41,871 bases of DNA from Pseudomonadales bacterium. Its GTDB lineage: Bacteria > Pseudomonadota > Gammaproteobacteria > Pseudomonadales > JBFGWM01. Each line of letters opens with the position of its first letter. Position 1 is the stretch's first letter. The notes below the pieces were generated by a model, which saw only the letters and a list, made by a program, of their open reading frames with translations, did no database searches and was not told the DNA's origin. The stretch covers positions 1 through 41,871 of the forward strand of contig JBFJWR010000001.1 of assembly GCA_041623535.1 (NCBI GenBank). Direction: 5' to 3'. The position numbers were made by a program, and so were the translations under genes. This document shows, piece by piece, positions 9,214 to 18,123 of this stretch.

Positions 9214-10761
9214 ATGGAATCATTGCTGACGACAGTCTCGTTGTCGCTGATGGATGTCGGGATGCCGGTACAGGCGCCCCTGGTTCTGCTGGCAGTTCTG
9301 CTGCTGCTCCGTGGTGCCTGGTCCATACGCATGTCCCTGCGCACCACGCTGTTGCTGTACGGGTTCTCCATACTGATGATTCTCATCAGTGCCGCGCTGC
9401 ACAGTAGCGGCTGGACGGGTGGGGCGGGCAGCACCCGCAATATTGGTGTGCTGCTCATGGGGCTGGCGCTGATCCGGCTGACCGGGCAGGCGGTTTTTCA
9501 CCTGTTGTTGCCGCGACTGAATATCACTCCGCCGCGCATTCTCGAAGATGTACTGGTTTTCATCGCCTACCTGTTATGGGGTTTTATCCGGCTCTCACAG
9601 ATAGGCCTGGATCTCAGCAGCATAGTCACCACCTCGGCGGTGATTACCGGCGTACTGGCCTTTTCGCTGCAGGAGACCATCGGCAACATCCTCGGCGGCG
9701 TGACCCTGCAGATGGACGACTCCATCCGTGTCGGTGACTGGATACAGGTCGGTGAACTGGTCGGGCGCATCGTGGATATCCGCTGGCGGTCCACGGCCGT
9801 GGAAACGCGCAACTGGGAAACCGTGATCTTCCCCAACAGCCTGCTGACCAAGCGCGAGTTCTCCATACTCGGCCGGCGTACCGGCGAACCGATCCAGTGG
9901 CGGCGCTGGATCTGGTTCAGTGTCGGCCTGGACACCTCGCCCCGGCGCGTGACGCGCGTGATTGAAGAAGCACTGCGCAAGGCCAACGTCCGGCACGTGG
10001 CCAGCCGACCGGCTCCCGACTGCATCACCATGGATATAAACGACAGCGTGGTGCGTTACGCGGTGCGCTACTGGCTGACCGACCTGGCGGTGGATGACCC
10101 GACCGATTCGGCGATCCGCAGCCGGGTGTATGCGGCGCTCAAGCGGGCCGGTATTCGCCTCGCCCTTCCTGGCCAGCAACTGCATATCGTGAGCGAGGAC
10201 GAGCACCAGGAAGCACGCCAGCGATTGCAGAACATTGAACAGCGCGTGGCGCTGTTACGAGGGGTGGGACTGTTTCGCAGCCTGGACGAGGACGAACTGC
10301 AGAAACTGGCCGGCAACCTGCTTTACACGCCCTTTGTCGCAGACGACGTGGTTACAGCACAGGGTGCGACGGCGCACTGGCTGTATATCCTTGTCGATGG
10401 CGCGGTCGAAGTGGTGCTGGATTCAGGTTCCGGGCGGCGACGGACACTGGCGCGACTGGAAGCGGGACACCGTGACAGTTACTTCGGCGAGATGGGCCTG
10501 CTTACCGGCGCGCCGCGCACCGCCAGCGTGATCGCTGTCACCGATGTGGAGTGCTACCGGCTGTCCCGCGACGGTTTCGAGGAAGTGCTTACAGCACGAC
10601 CAGCCATCGCCGAGGAAATTTCCACGATTATCGCCGAGCGGCGGGCTGACCTGGCGGTGGCGCAGAACCAACTGGACGAAGCCGCCCATGAGGCGATGAG
10701 CAAAACCGAGCAGCGGGAAATCCTGCAGCGTATACGGCGGTTTTTCAGTCTGAAGGGCTGA
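9214..10761 (+). CDS. Mechanosensitive (MscS-family) channel fused to a C-terminal cyclic-nucleotide-binding domain
   Basis: There are several N-terminal TM helices. The MscS core reads IGNILGGVTLQMDDSIRVGDWIQVGELVGRIVDIRWRSTAVETRNWETVIFPNSLL. The C-terminal cNMP-binding fold reads FGEMGLLTGAPRTASVIAVTDVECYRL. Confidence 0.8.
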   Translation: MESLLTTVSLSLMDVGMPVQAPLVLLAVLLLLRGAWSIRMSLRTTLLLYGFSILMILISAALHSSGWTGGAGSTRNIGVLLMGLALIRLTGQAVFHLLLPRLNITPPRILEDVLVFIAYLLWGFIRLSQIGLDLSSIVTTSAVITGVLAFSLQETIGNILGGVTLQMDDSIRVGDWIQVGELVGRIVDIRWRSTAVETRNWETVIFPNSLLTKREFSILGRRTGEPIQWRRWIWFSVGLDTSPRRVTRVIEEALRKANVRHVASRPAPDCITMDINDSVVRYAVRYWLTDLAVDDPTDSAIRSRVYAALKRAGIRLALPGQQLHIVSEDEHQEARQRLQNIEQRVALLRGVGLFRSLDEDELQKLAGNLLYTPFVADDVVTAQGATAHWLYILVDGAVEVVLDSGSGRRRTLARLEAGHRDSYFGEMGLLTGAPRTASVIAVTDVECYRLSRDGFEEVLTARPAIAEEISTIIAERRADLAVAQNQLDEAAHEAMSKTEQREILQRIRRFFSLKG

Positions 10762-11044
10762 TCTTCGAGGCGCTGATTTCACCGCTGGCGGCGCCCTGAC
10801 GGTTCCCGCGAGCGTATCCCCGGCCAACGAAAGCGTCTTTTCCTGCCCAAATACGTGTTTGCGACGCATCTGCTCCATGATCCGAAAATGGCAATATGGC
10901 GCATCAGGATGTAAGAAATAGGTATCCATATTGGTCTGGATGGGTTATCGTTGCTCTCTTATTGGTCTCTGCGCCAATATCCAGCCATCTGCGTGCGGTC
11001 ATAATTTCGTCATCCGGCAACTCAATTTCAACAGGGGAATTCAT

Positions 11045-12634
11045 ATGAAGGACGCTCATATTTCATCGTCAGCGACCAGCCTGGTTCGCAAACGAACCAT
11101 CAATTTTATGCTGGCTTCATGGGTTACCGTTTTGGCCGGGTGTGCGACAACCGCTGATGATACGGCAAGCCTGAACAATGATTACGCCAGGCAGGTTGCG
11201 CAACTGCAGAAGGAAGTGGATGCAACGGCTTCCGAAAATGAACGCCTGCGCACCAGTTTGCAGGAAAAACAGGCTGCCACGGCGTCTGCCGGTGCTGCAG
11301 TGCCCAATCCGATGGGTGACCTGTTGCCGCCGAATGCCAAGGCAGGCGAATGTTATGCACGTGTTTGGGTAGACGCTACCTACCGGGACAAAACCAAGGA
11401 TGTGCTCGTGCGCGAAGCAAGTGAGCGCGTCGAGATCGTTCCGGCCGAGTACCAGAACGTGACGGAACAGGTGTTGGTCAAAGAAGCCTCCACCCGCGTC
11501 GAAGCCATTCCGGCAGTCTGGGGATGGGAAGAAGAGCGGGTCCTGACCCAGGAAGCTCAGCGTATCTGGCGTGTGGGTCTGGGCAATGCGGCACCGGCGA
11601 ATTCCGAGTTGCTGAATGCTGCCAAAAAACACGGTATTGACCTGGATGCAGCCACACCGGGCATGTGTTTCCACGAGCACTACCAGGCTGCGCAATTCAG
11701 TACTGAAAACAAGCAGGTTGTCGTCAGCGAAGCCGTGGATGTGATCCAGGCGACCGACGCTGAATATCGCTGGGTAGAGAAGCAACGCCTCGTTGCAGAA
11801 GCCTCTTTCCGCATGGAAGAAGTTCCCGCGCAGTACGAATGGGTTGAAGAGCAGGTAATTGATAAGCCCGCACATACCATCTGGAAGAAGGGCACGGGCC
11901 CGGTTCAGCGGATCGACGAAGCGACCGGTGAGATCATGTGCCTGGTCGAAGTGCCGGCCACCTTCAAGACCTTGCGCAGGCGTGCCCTGGTCAGTCCGGC
12001 AACTTCACGCAAGATTGAAATTCCGGCGCAGTATGAGACGGTGAAAGTGCGTGAACTGGTCAAGCAGGCCGGTGAACTGAAGAACAACATACCGGAAAAA
12101 TACGAAACTGTTTCGGTGAGCAAGAAAGTTGCGGACCAGAAGTTCCTCTGGCACGAAGTCCATAATATGGATCACCCCAAGCAGACCCGTACCGGCAACC
12201 AGATCTGCCTGACGGAAACGCCGGCCAAATACCAGACTGTGAAGCGCCGGGTTGTGAAGCAGCCGGCCACCACACGTGTCATCGACATTCCGGCAGAATA
12301 CAAAACCGCCACGGTGCGCAAGCTGGTTCGCAAGGCTGAAGAAAAGCGCATCGCGATTCCCGCCAAGTATGAAACGGTTCAACTCAAGGAATTGGAAAAG
12401 GAAGGCCATATGCAGTGGCGCTCGATACTTTGCGAAACCAACATGACGGGAACGCGTATTTCCAGCATTCAGCGCGCCCTGAAGGATCTTGGTTTCGATC
12501 CCGGTCCGATTGACGGGGTCGTCGGTGCGCAAACCATCGCCGCATTCAATGCATTCCAGCGCGAACGCGGGCTGCCGGTAGATCGCTACCTGAACGTTGA
12601 GACCATTGAAGCCCTCGGCGTATCTGCACGCTGA
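11045..12634 (+). CDS. Lipoprotein with coiled-coil, about 10 degenerate 'IPAxYxTV' repeats and a C-terminal peptidoglycan-binding (PG_binding_1) domain
   Basis: The ATG at 11045 is followed by a signal peptide with lipobox LAGC. The repeat region lies at about 11351-12415. The C-terminus (ALKDLGFDPGPIDGVVGAQTIAAFNAFQRERGLPVDRYLNVETIEALG) is a classic PG-binding domain. Confidence 0.75.
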   Translation: MKDAHISSSATSLVRKRTINFMLASWVTVLAGCATTADDTASLNNDYARQVAQLQKEVDATASENERLRTSLQEKQAATASAGAAVPNPMGDLLPPNAKAGECYARVWVDATYRDKTKDVLVREASERVEIVPAEYQNVTEQVLVKEASTRVEAIPAVWGWEEERVLTQEAQRIWRVGLGNAAPANSELLNAAKKHGIDLDAATPGMCFHEHYQAAQFSTENKQVVVSEAVDVIQATDAEYRWVEKQRLVAEASFRMEEVPAQYEWVEEQVIDKPAHTIWKKGTGPVQRIDEATGEIMCLVEVPATFKTLRRRALVSPATSRKIEIPAQYETVKVRELVKQAGELKNNIPEKYETVSVSKKVADQKFLWHEVHNMDHPKQTRTGNQICLTETPAKYQTVKRRVVKQPATTRVIDIPAEYKTATVRKLVRKAEEKRIAIPAKYETVQLKELEKEGHMQWRSILCETNMTGTRISSIQRALKDLGFDPGPIDGVVGAQTIAAFNAFQRERGLPVDRYLNVETIEALGVSAR

Positions 12635-12655
12635 GAAGTTGACTGACCGGCTGAT

Positions 12656-12688
12656 GGGCCGTGCGGAATTCCCGCACGGCCCATTTTT
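12656..12688 (+). terminator. Rho-independent terminator of the lipoprotein gene
   Basis: A perfect 11-bp stem (GGGCCGTGCGG / CCGCACGGCCC) with a 5-nt loop (AATTC) is followed by A-TTTTT. It begins 22 nt after the stop codon. Confidence 0.7.
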
Positions 12689-12810
12689 CGTTCAAGGCTC
12701 CGAATCTTCTTGTCACGCTGGCGGGGAAGCGGCACCCCGCAGCGCGCCATACACTGCGGGGGCCTGACCACGACTAAACCCTGCGGGGGAGTGTCCTGGC
12801 TACCTGTATT

Positions 12811-15800
12811 CTAGCCTTTCAGCCTGTCCTCGAGGTTGAATTGCGCAGTCAGGTGACGGGCCTTGTTAGTGGCGCCCCATTCGATATATGCACGACAACT
12901 CTCGGCGATACACTGGTCGGCTTCATCGTGGTGCCCTTCGGCGGCCAGCCAGCGTCCGCGGCATTCCGCGATGTAAGCCAGATCACTGGTAAATCCCTGT
13001 TCCCGTGCCGCATCGCGGCTCGCGGTGTAGAGTCCATCTACTGCGCGCGGCCGATTCTCTATCCGCGCGAGTTCCGCCTGGATCAGGTGGAGTTTGGACA
13101 GGAAGTTGAAGGGCGCGAATTGACACCAGTGTTCCATCTTCTTGTGCGATGCAAGAATCAGCTTCTTCAATTTTCCACGCTCGTTGCGGTCGGCGTCCGG
13201 ATACCTGGCCAGGCGAGCGAGGGCCGTGTGAAAGTGAAGATACGGTTCGTCGATGAGCCCCTGCACGTTCTCGATGTAGGATTCCGCCTCGAGCGCGAGC
13301 TCACAGGCACGGTTGTAGTCCCCGAACAGCCAGGCAAGCCGCATACTGGAAGCCGCGCTGATACCCAGGCCGGTGCGATCGTCAGAAGCAAGTTGCTCTT
13401 GCACCTGCTTTGCTTCGTCATACCATGGCCCCTGCATGCGGGCAGGATCACGGATGTCTGCATCAGCGAGGTTGGCGACGTACTGGGTCCAGATGCTCAT
13501 GTAGGTATGTGGCGTGATCTGATTGAGATTACGCACGGCCTCCAGGTACATCGGCATACTCCTGACCAGGCCCTGGAGATCTTTCCCGCAGTAAATTGCC
13601 GTCACGAAGTAGGAAATTGCACAATACGAGCCGTATTCGAAATCACCGTGATCAATACCGAACTGGTAGCCCTTCAGAAACGGATCGAGCGTATCGCCTA
13701 TTGGGCGCTTCCAGTGATGGATGAATTTGAAAAAATTGAAATAGGTTCTGGCGTGATACTCGTAGTCCTTGAACAGGTCCAGAACCCGCATGCCGGCCTG
13801 CCCGTAGCGGAAAGCCTGTTCATAATTACCCGTAGCCTGGGACACGATCAATCCATAAATAACCAAGGCGCTTGCCGATTCCGCTGACAAGCCATATTTC
13901 TGGGTCAGTTGTACCTGCCGGAGCACCACGATGGGAAACAGGTTGGGGCTGGCAATGTAGGACGCGGAGATCAGGCGACTGAGAATACGCATGGCTGATG
14001 ACACCCGTTGATCAGTGATCTCGGGCATGTCCGGAAAACTATCCGGTTTCGTATTCAGCAGCAGCATCCGCGTGTGGAGCAGGTGGCGCACCACGGACAA
14101 CTTTCCGGGATCCGGTTGCAGGCGAATCCCCAGGCTCCTGAGCACCGGTACCGCCTCCATGATAGCGTCCTTCATGCGGTTATTGGCCAGCAGTGCATCA
14201 ATGCGAATCTCGTGGCTGCGGACGTTGACCAATGTATTTTTCGAATGACGCAGGACTTCGCCGGTCAGCGAATGCATGGCTTGCTGGTTGCCGCTCAGGT
14301 AGGCGGCCTCGGCTGCTTCGTGGTGAAGATCAATCGTCAGTGAGCGCGCCGATTGCCAGGCATTTTTAGGCAGCATCTTTACGCCCAGGGACAGGAACTC
14401 AAAAGCCGATTGGTAGGCTGCCGATGCCATGGCTCGCTTGCCGGCGCGCAGGTTCAGTTCTGCGACCTGTACCAGTTCCTGTTCCTCGTAAATCAGGGTT
14501 CGTGCAACATTGAAATGATTTACGATTGAGAACAGATTCTTATCCGGAATATTTGCCTCACATGCTTCGACCAGCAGTCTGCCAATCTGCAGGTGGTTCA
14601 GCAGCCGCTCCTGCTGGCCAATCATTTCATAAGCAGCCTGCTGTACCCGGTCGTGCAGAAACGTATCACTGGCATTGATCATGGAGTAAGACCGTTCCTG
14701 CATCTGGGTCCCTTCGACGCAGCGCAGAAGATCATGGTTCGCATTGTCGGGGACCAACAGTCCCGCCTCGACAGCCGGCCACAATGCGGTTGCGATCTCT
14801 GTCATGGTCTGGCCGCATACCAGCGCCAGCGTGCGAATATCGAACGTGCTGCCAATGCAGGCACCGTGACGCAGGGCCTGCTGCGTGCGTCGCGGCAGCG
14901 AACTGATGCGATCGATGAGCAATTCGACGACGTTTTCAGAGACCGCTTTGCCGGCGATTTCCTGATCGTCCCAACACCATGCGTGCTGAATCGGATCGAA
15001 ACGTATATCGCCGCCGCTGTGCAAGGTCCGAATCAGGGTGCTGCAGGAAAAAGGGTTGCCGAGTGTCTTTTTCAGCACCAAGGCCGACAACGTGTTCAGT
15101 TTTTCGGTCGATTGCCGAAGCGTGTCTGCGAGCAGTTCGCGAATGTGCTCCTGGCTCAGGGGCGGCAGTTCGATGCGGGTGCTGGGTGTGCCTGACTTGT
15201 CGACTTCCTGCAGGACCCTGGTTAACGAATGTGTATCATCAACCTCGTTGTCGCGGAAAGCGCCGATGACCAGGAAATGGTTGTGGGCAGGACTGGTCAG
15301 GCAGTCCTGCATGAGTTCCAGGCTGCCGGCATCCGCCCATTGCAGGTCATCCAGGAACAGCACCAGGGGATGGTCGGCGCTGGTGAAAACCTGGATGAAA
15401 TCCCGCAGGCAATTGCGGAAGCGATTCTCGTTTTCTGCGGGATTCAGAAACCGTACGGGTTCACATGCACCCAGCAGGCGTTGCAGATCAGGGATTACCT
15501 CGACGACCACGCCGGCATTAACCCCGAGTCTTTCCCGAATCCGATCACGCCAGATGCCGCGCTCGGCCTCGGTCATGTTCAGGATCTGTCCCACCATGCC
15601 CGAGAATGCACTGACCACCGCAGAAAACGGTGTGGCCCGGTCGAATTGCTCAAACTTTCCGGTCAACAGGATGCCACCTGCCTCCAGCACAGGTTCCCGC
15701 AATTCTCCGATCAGGCTGGTTTTCCCCATGCCCGAAAAACCGCTCACCAGGGACAGCCGCCTGCCACCATCGGCCACGGCACGGAAGTCCTGCAGAATCT

Positions 15801-16737
15801 GTTCAATCTGCTGTTCACGACCATACAGTTTTTCGGGCAGGTGAAACTCTGCAGAGATATCCTGCATGCCCAGGTCAAATTTCGGGATACTGCATGTTGC
15901 TCGGAACTCAGTGAGGCAGCGGCTGATGTCGGCCAGCAGCCCAACCGCGGTCTGATAACGATCTTCCGGTTTCTTCTCCAGCAGGCGATGAACGATTGAA
16001 CAAAGCATTTCCGGCAGGTCAGGGCGCAGTTCCCTAAGTGGCGGCGCTTCCGCCGTGATGATTTCATTCAGGACAGAAACCGGATCGTCACTGGCGTAGG
16101 GCAGGTCTTTTGTCAGCATCCAGTAAAACAGGACGCCGAGTGAGTAAAAATCGGAACGATGGTCGACCTTGCGGGGTAGTCTCCCTGTCTGCTCGGGCGA
16201 CATGAAAAGCAGATCGCCGCTCAGTGCATGCCAATGATTCGCCGCTTGCTGCACCAGTTGCGTAGAGCGCCGCAGGCCGTGCAATATGACCTGGTTTTCG
16301 GCTTCATCCCAATGTACGTGTGCGGGTGAAATTGCCCGGTAAATAATCCCTTTTTTATGCAGAGACCCCAGTATTTCGGCCAGGGACCATGCAATGTTCA
16401 GCGCCTGGGCGGTGGTGATTTTCCGGTCTGTAACCCACTTGCGCAGTGGTACCGCGTTATGTGAGCGAAGGATGAGCAATGGGTTCAGGTCATCATCGAA
16501 AAAGTCGATCACCGGGGGGATGCCGGCTACGCCCTGGAGCAGCTTGCGTGTGGCATACTCCTGATGTAACTGCGCGAGTGCATGGGCGTCGTGATAGTCT
16601 GGGCTCAATTGCTCAATGACGACCGCCAGGCCATCAGACTCTCGCTCGGCCGCGAAGAGATTGCGGTCATCGATGCGCGCGATGAATTTGCCGTTCCGGT
16701 ACCCCGGCAGGTTGGGCGCTTGTGGCGCGTTTTCCAT
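12811..16737 (-). CDS. STAND-type signalling protein: degenerate Ser/Thr-kinase-like domain, AAA_16 P-loop NTPase and a long helical/TPR-like region
   Basis: The kinase-like fold has the family-typical MSPEQTGR...VDHRSDFYSLGV...RYQTAVGLLADISRC. Walker A is GFSGMGKTS and Walker B is LVLFLDDLQWAD. About 800 aa of helical repeats follow. The start is either the ATG at 16737 (MENAPQ) or the ATG at 16800. Confidence 0.8.
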   Translation of the reverse strand: MENAPQAPNLPGYRNGKFIARIDDRNLFAAERESDGLAVVIEQLSPDYHDAHALAQLHQEYATRKLLQGVAGIPPVIDFFDDDLNPLLILRSHNAVPLRKWVTDRKITTAQALNIAWSLAEILGSLHKKGIIYRAISPAHVHWDEAENQVILHGLRRSTQLVQQAANHWHALSGDLLFMSPEQTGRLPRKVDHRSDFYSLGVLFYWMLTKDLPYASDDPVSVLNEIITAEAPPLRELRPDLPEMLCSIVHRLLEKKPEDRYQTAVGLLADISRCLTEFRATCSIPKFDLGMQDISAEFHLPEKLYGREQQIEQILQDFRAVADGGRRLSLVSGFSGMGKTSLIGELREPVLEAGGILLTGKFEQFDRATPFSAVVSAFSGMVGQILNMTEAERGIWRDRIRERLGVNAGVVVEVIPDLQRLLGACEPVRFLNPAENENRFRNCLRDFIQVFTSADHPLVLFLDDLQWADAGSLELMQDCLTSPAHNHFLVIGAFRDNEVDDTHSLTRVLQEVDKSGTPSTRIELPPLSQEHIRELLADTLRQSTEKLNTLSALVLKKTLGNPFSCSTLIRTLHSGGDIRFDPIQHAWCWDDQEIAGKAVSENVVELLIDRISSLPRRTQQALRHGACIGSTFDIRTLALVCGQTMTEIATALWPAVEAGLLVPDNANHDLLRCVEGTQMQERSYSMINASDTFLHDRVQQAAYEMIGQQERLLNHLQIGRLLVEACEANIPDKNLFSIVNHFNVARTLIYEEQELVQVAELNLRAGKRAMASAAYQSAFEFLSLGVKMLPKNAWQSARSLTIDLHHEAAEAAYLSGNQQAMHSLTGEVLRHSKNTLVNVRSHEIRIDALLANNRMKDAIMEAVPVLRSLGIRLQPDPGKLSVVRHLLHTRMLLLNTKPDSFPDMPEITDQRVSSAMRILSRLISASYIASPNLFPIVVLRQVQLTQKYGLSAESASALVIYGLIVSQATGNYEQAFRYGQAGMRVLDLFKDYEYHARTYFNFFKFIHHWKRPIGDTLDPFLKGYQFGIDHGDFEYGSYCAISYFVTAIYCGKDLQGLVRSMPMYLEAVRNLNQITPHTYMSIWTQYVANLADADIRDPARMQGPWYDEAKQVQEQLASDDRTGLGISAASSMRLAWLFGDYNRACELALEAESYIENVQGLIDEPYLHFHTALARLARYPDADRNERGKLKKLILASHKKMEHWCQFAPFNFLSKLHLIQAELARIENRPRAVDGLYTASRDAAREQGFTSDLAYIAECRGRWLAAEGHHDEADQCIAESCRAYIEWGATNKARHLTAQFNLEDRLKG

Positions 16738-16987
16738 CGTGGGCCAATACTCCCGAGCCAACGCCCCGCAAACACCAGGGCGTATGAGCATCCTAGACAT
16801 TTCAGGGTCGTCCGGCCAGTCACCAAACGGCTTTCCGGGCTGTGGTGAATATTGGCGGGATGGCAGCGGTGCATTGACTCACAATGGACGACGGGTGCCT
16901 GGTTGGATGCCGCCATTATCGAATTCGCGCTCAACGAAGTGCCCACTACTGGATGCATTCCCCAATGAGCCCCACGAGGTTTCCAAC

Positions 16988-18001
16988 ATGAAAGCTGTCG
17001 CGCTTACCCACTATCTGCCCGCCGAAGACCCGAACGCGTTTCTCGACGTGGATCTGGCCATGCCCACTGCCGGGGGGCGTGATCTGCTGGTTGCGGTCAG
17101 GGCTGTTTCCGTCAATCCGGTCGATACCAAGGTTCGCAGTCCCAAGGATCAGGTCGAAGAGACGCCCCGTGTGCTCGGCTGGGACGCCAGTGGCGTGGTC
17201 GAGGCGGTTGGCCCGGACGTCACGCTCTTTCAGCCGGGGGACGAGGTCTACTATGCCGGGGATATCACCCGGCCTGGTTCCAACTCCGAATTCCAATTGG
17301 TGGATGAGCGCATCGTCGGCCGCAAGCCCGCGACCCTCAGTTTTGCTGAAGCCGCGGCGCTGCCGCTGACCACGATCACCGCCTACGAGGCGTTCTTTGA
17401 TCGCCTGGGCGTGGACCGGGATGGTGCAGACGCCGGACAGACCCTGCTCATCATCGGCGCCGGTGGCGGGGTTGGTTCCATTGGCATTCAGCTCGCGAAA
17501 GCGGCCGGGCTGGTCGTGATCGCCACGGCCTCGCGTCCGGAAACAACCAGCTGGGTCAGGGAGCTTGGTGCGGACCACGTGGTCAATCACCGCGCGCCCA
17601 TGGTGGAACAGGTGCGTGCGCTCGGGTTTCAGCACGTGGACCACGTCGCGATTTTCAATGACATGCGCCATTGGGAAACCGCAGTGGAACTGATCCGGCC
17701 GCAGGGCGGGATCGTCACCATCGATGACGCCAGCCTGCCGACGCCGATGGCAGGAATGAAAACCAAGGCGGCCAGTCTGCACTGGGAGTTCATGTTTGCC
17801 CGCGCCATGTTTGCAACACCGGACATGATCGAGCAGCACAATTTACTCAACTACGTGGCAGACGAAATCGACGCCGGCCGCATTCGTTCGACACTTACCG
17901 AAGTGCTGTCCCCGATTAACGCCGAAAACATCCGGGCAGCACATGCGCGCATAGAATCCGGACAGGTTAAAGGCAAGATTGTTTTGCAGTCTTTTCAGTA
18001 A
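16988..18001 (+). CDS. Zinc-binding alcohol dehydrogenase / quinone oxidoreductase family (MDR superfamily) protein
   Basis: The ATG at 16988 follows GAGG. The N-terminus (MKAVALTHY...LLVAVRAVSVNPVDTKVR) and the nucleotide-binding LLIIGAGGGVGSIGIQLAK fit the family. The track's 124-codon 5' extension overlaps the divergent STAND gene and is rejected. Confidence 0.8.
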   Translation: MKAVALTHYLPAEDPNAFLDVDLAMPTAGGRDLLVAVRAVSVNPVDTKVRSPKDQVEETPRVLGWDASGVVEAVGPDVTLFQPGDEVYYAGDITRPGSNSEFQLVDERIVGRKPATLSFAEAAALPLTTITAYEAFFDRLGVDRDGADAGQTLLIIGAGGGVGSIGIQLAKAAGLVVIATASRPETTSWVRELGADHVVNHRAPMVEQVRALGFQHVDHVAIFNDMRHWETAVELIRPQGGIVTIDDASLPTPMAGMKTKAASLHWEFMFARAMFATPDMIEQHNLLNYVADEIDAGRIRSTLTEVLSPINAENIRAAHARIESGQVKGKIVLQSFQ

Positions 18002-18022
18002 GTAGCCCTGAAGCGACTTTAT

Positions 18023-18036
18023 TTAATGCAGATCAA
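18023..18036. promoter_or_regulatory. FNR/ANR-like box TTAAT-N4-ATCAA (9 of 10 matches to TTGAT-N4-ATCAA) upstream of the globin gene
   Basis: The sequence ttaatgcagatcaa is read directly in the AT-rich 122-nt spacer, 88 nt upstream of the globin ATG. I could not place a matching -10 at class-II spacing. Confidence 0.3.
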
Positions 18037-18123
18037 TTCATTGCAATCTATATTCGCAAAGCAGGTCATGCTGACAGCTTGATCCTTTGTTACCACATAT
18101 GATCCGGCTATGCTGGAACCGAT

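Noticed and set aside
16616-16987. The ORF track shows long 5' extensions for the MDR dehydrogenase (from 16616), uvrB (from 29158), yciB (to 39996), the aminotransferase (to 29202), the GAF protein (from 5086) and the hypothetical gene (from 8083).
   Set aside because: The extensions overlap divergent genes or promoter regions and translate to non-protein-like sequence. Downstream starts with Shine-Dalgarno sequences reproduce the conserved N-termini of the families.
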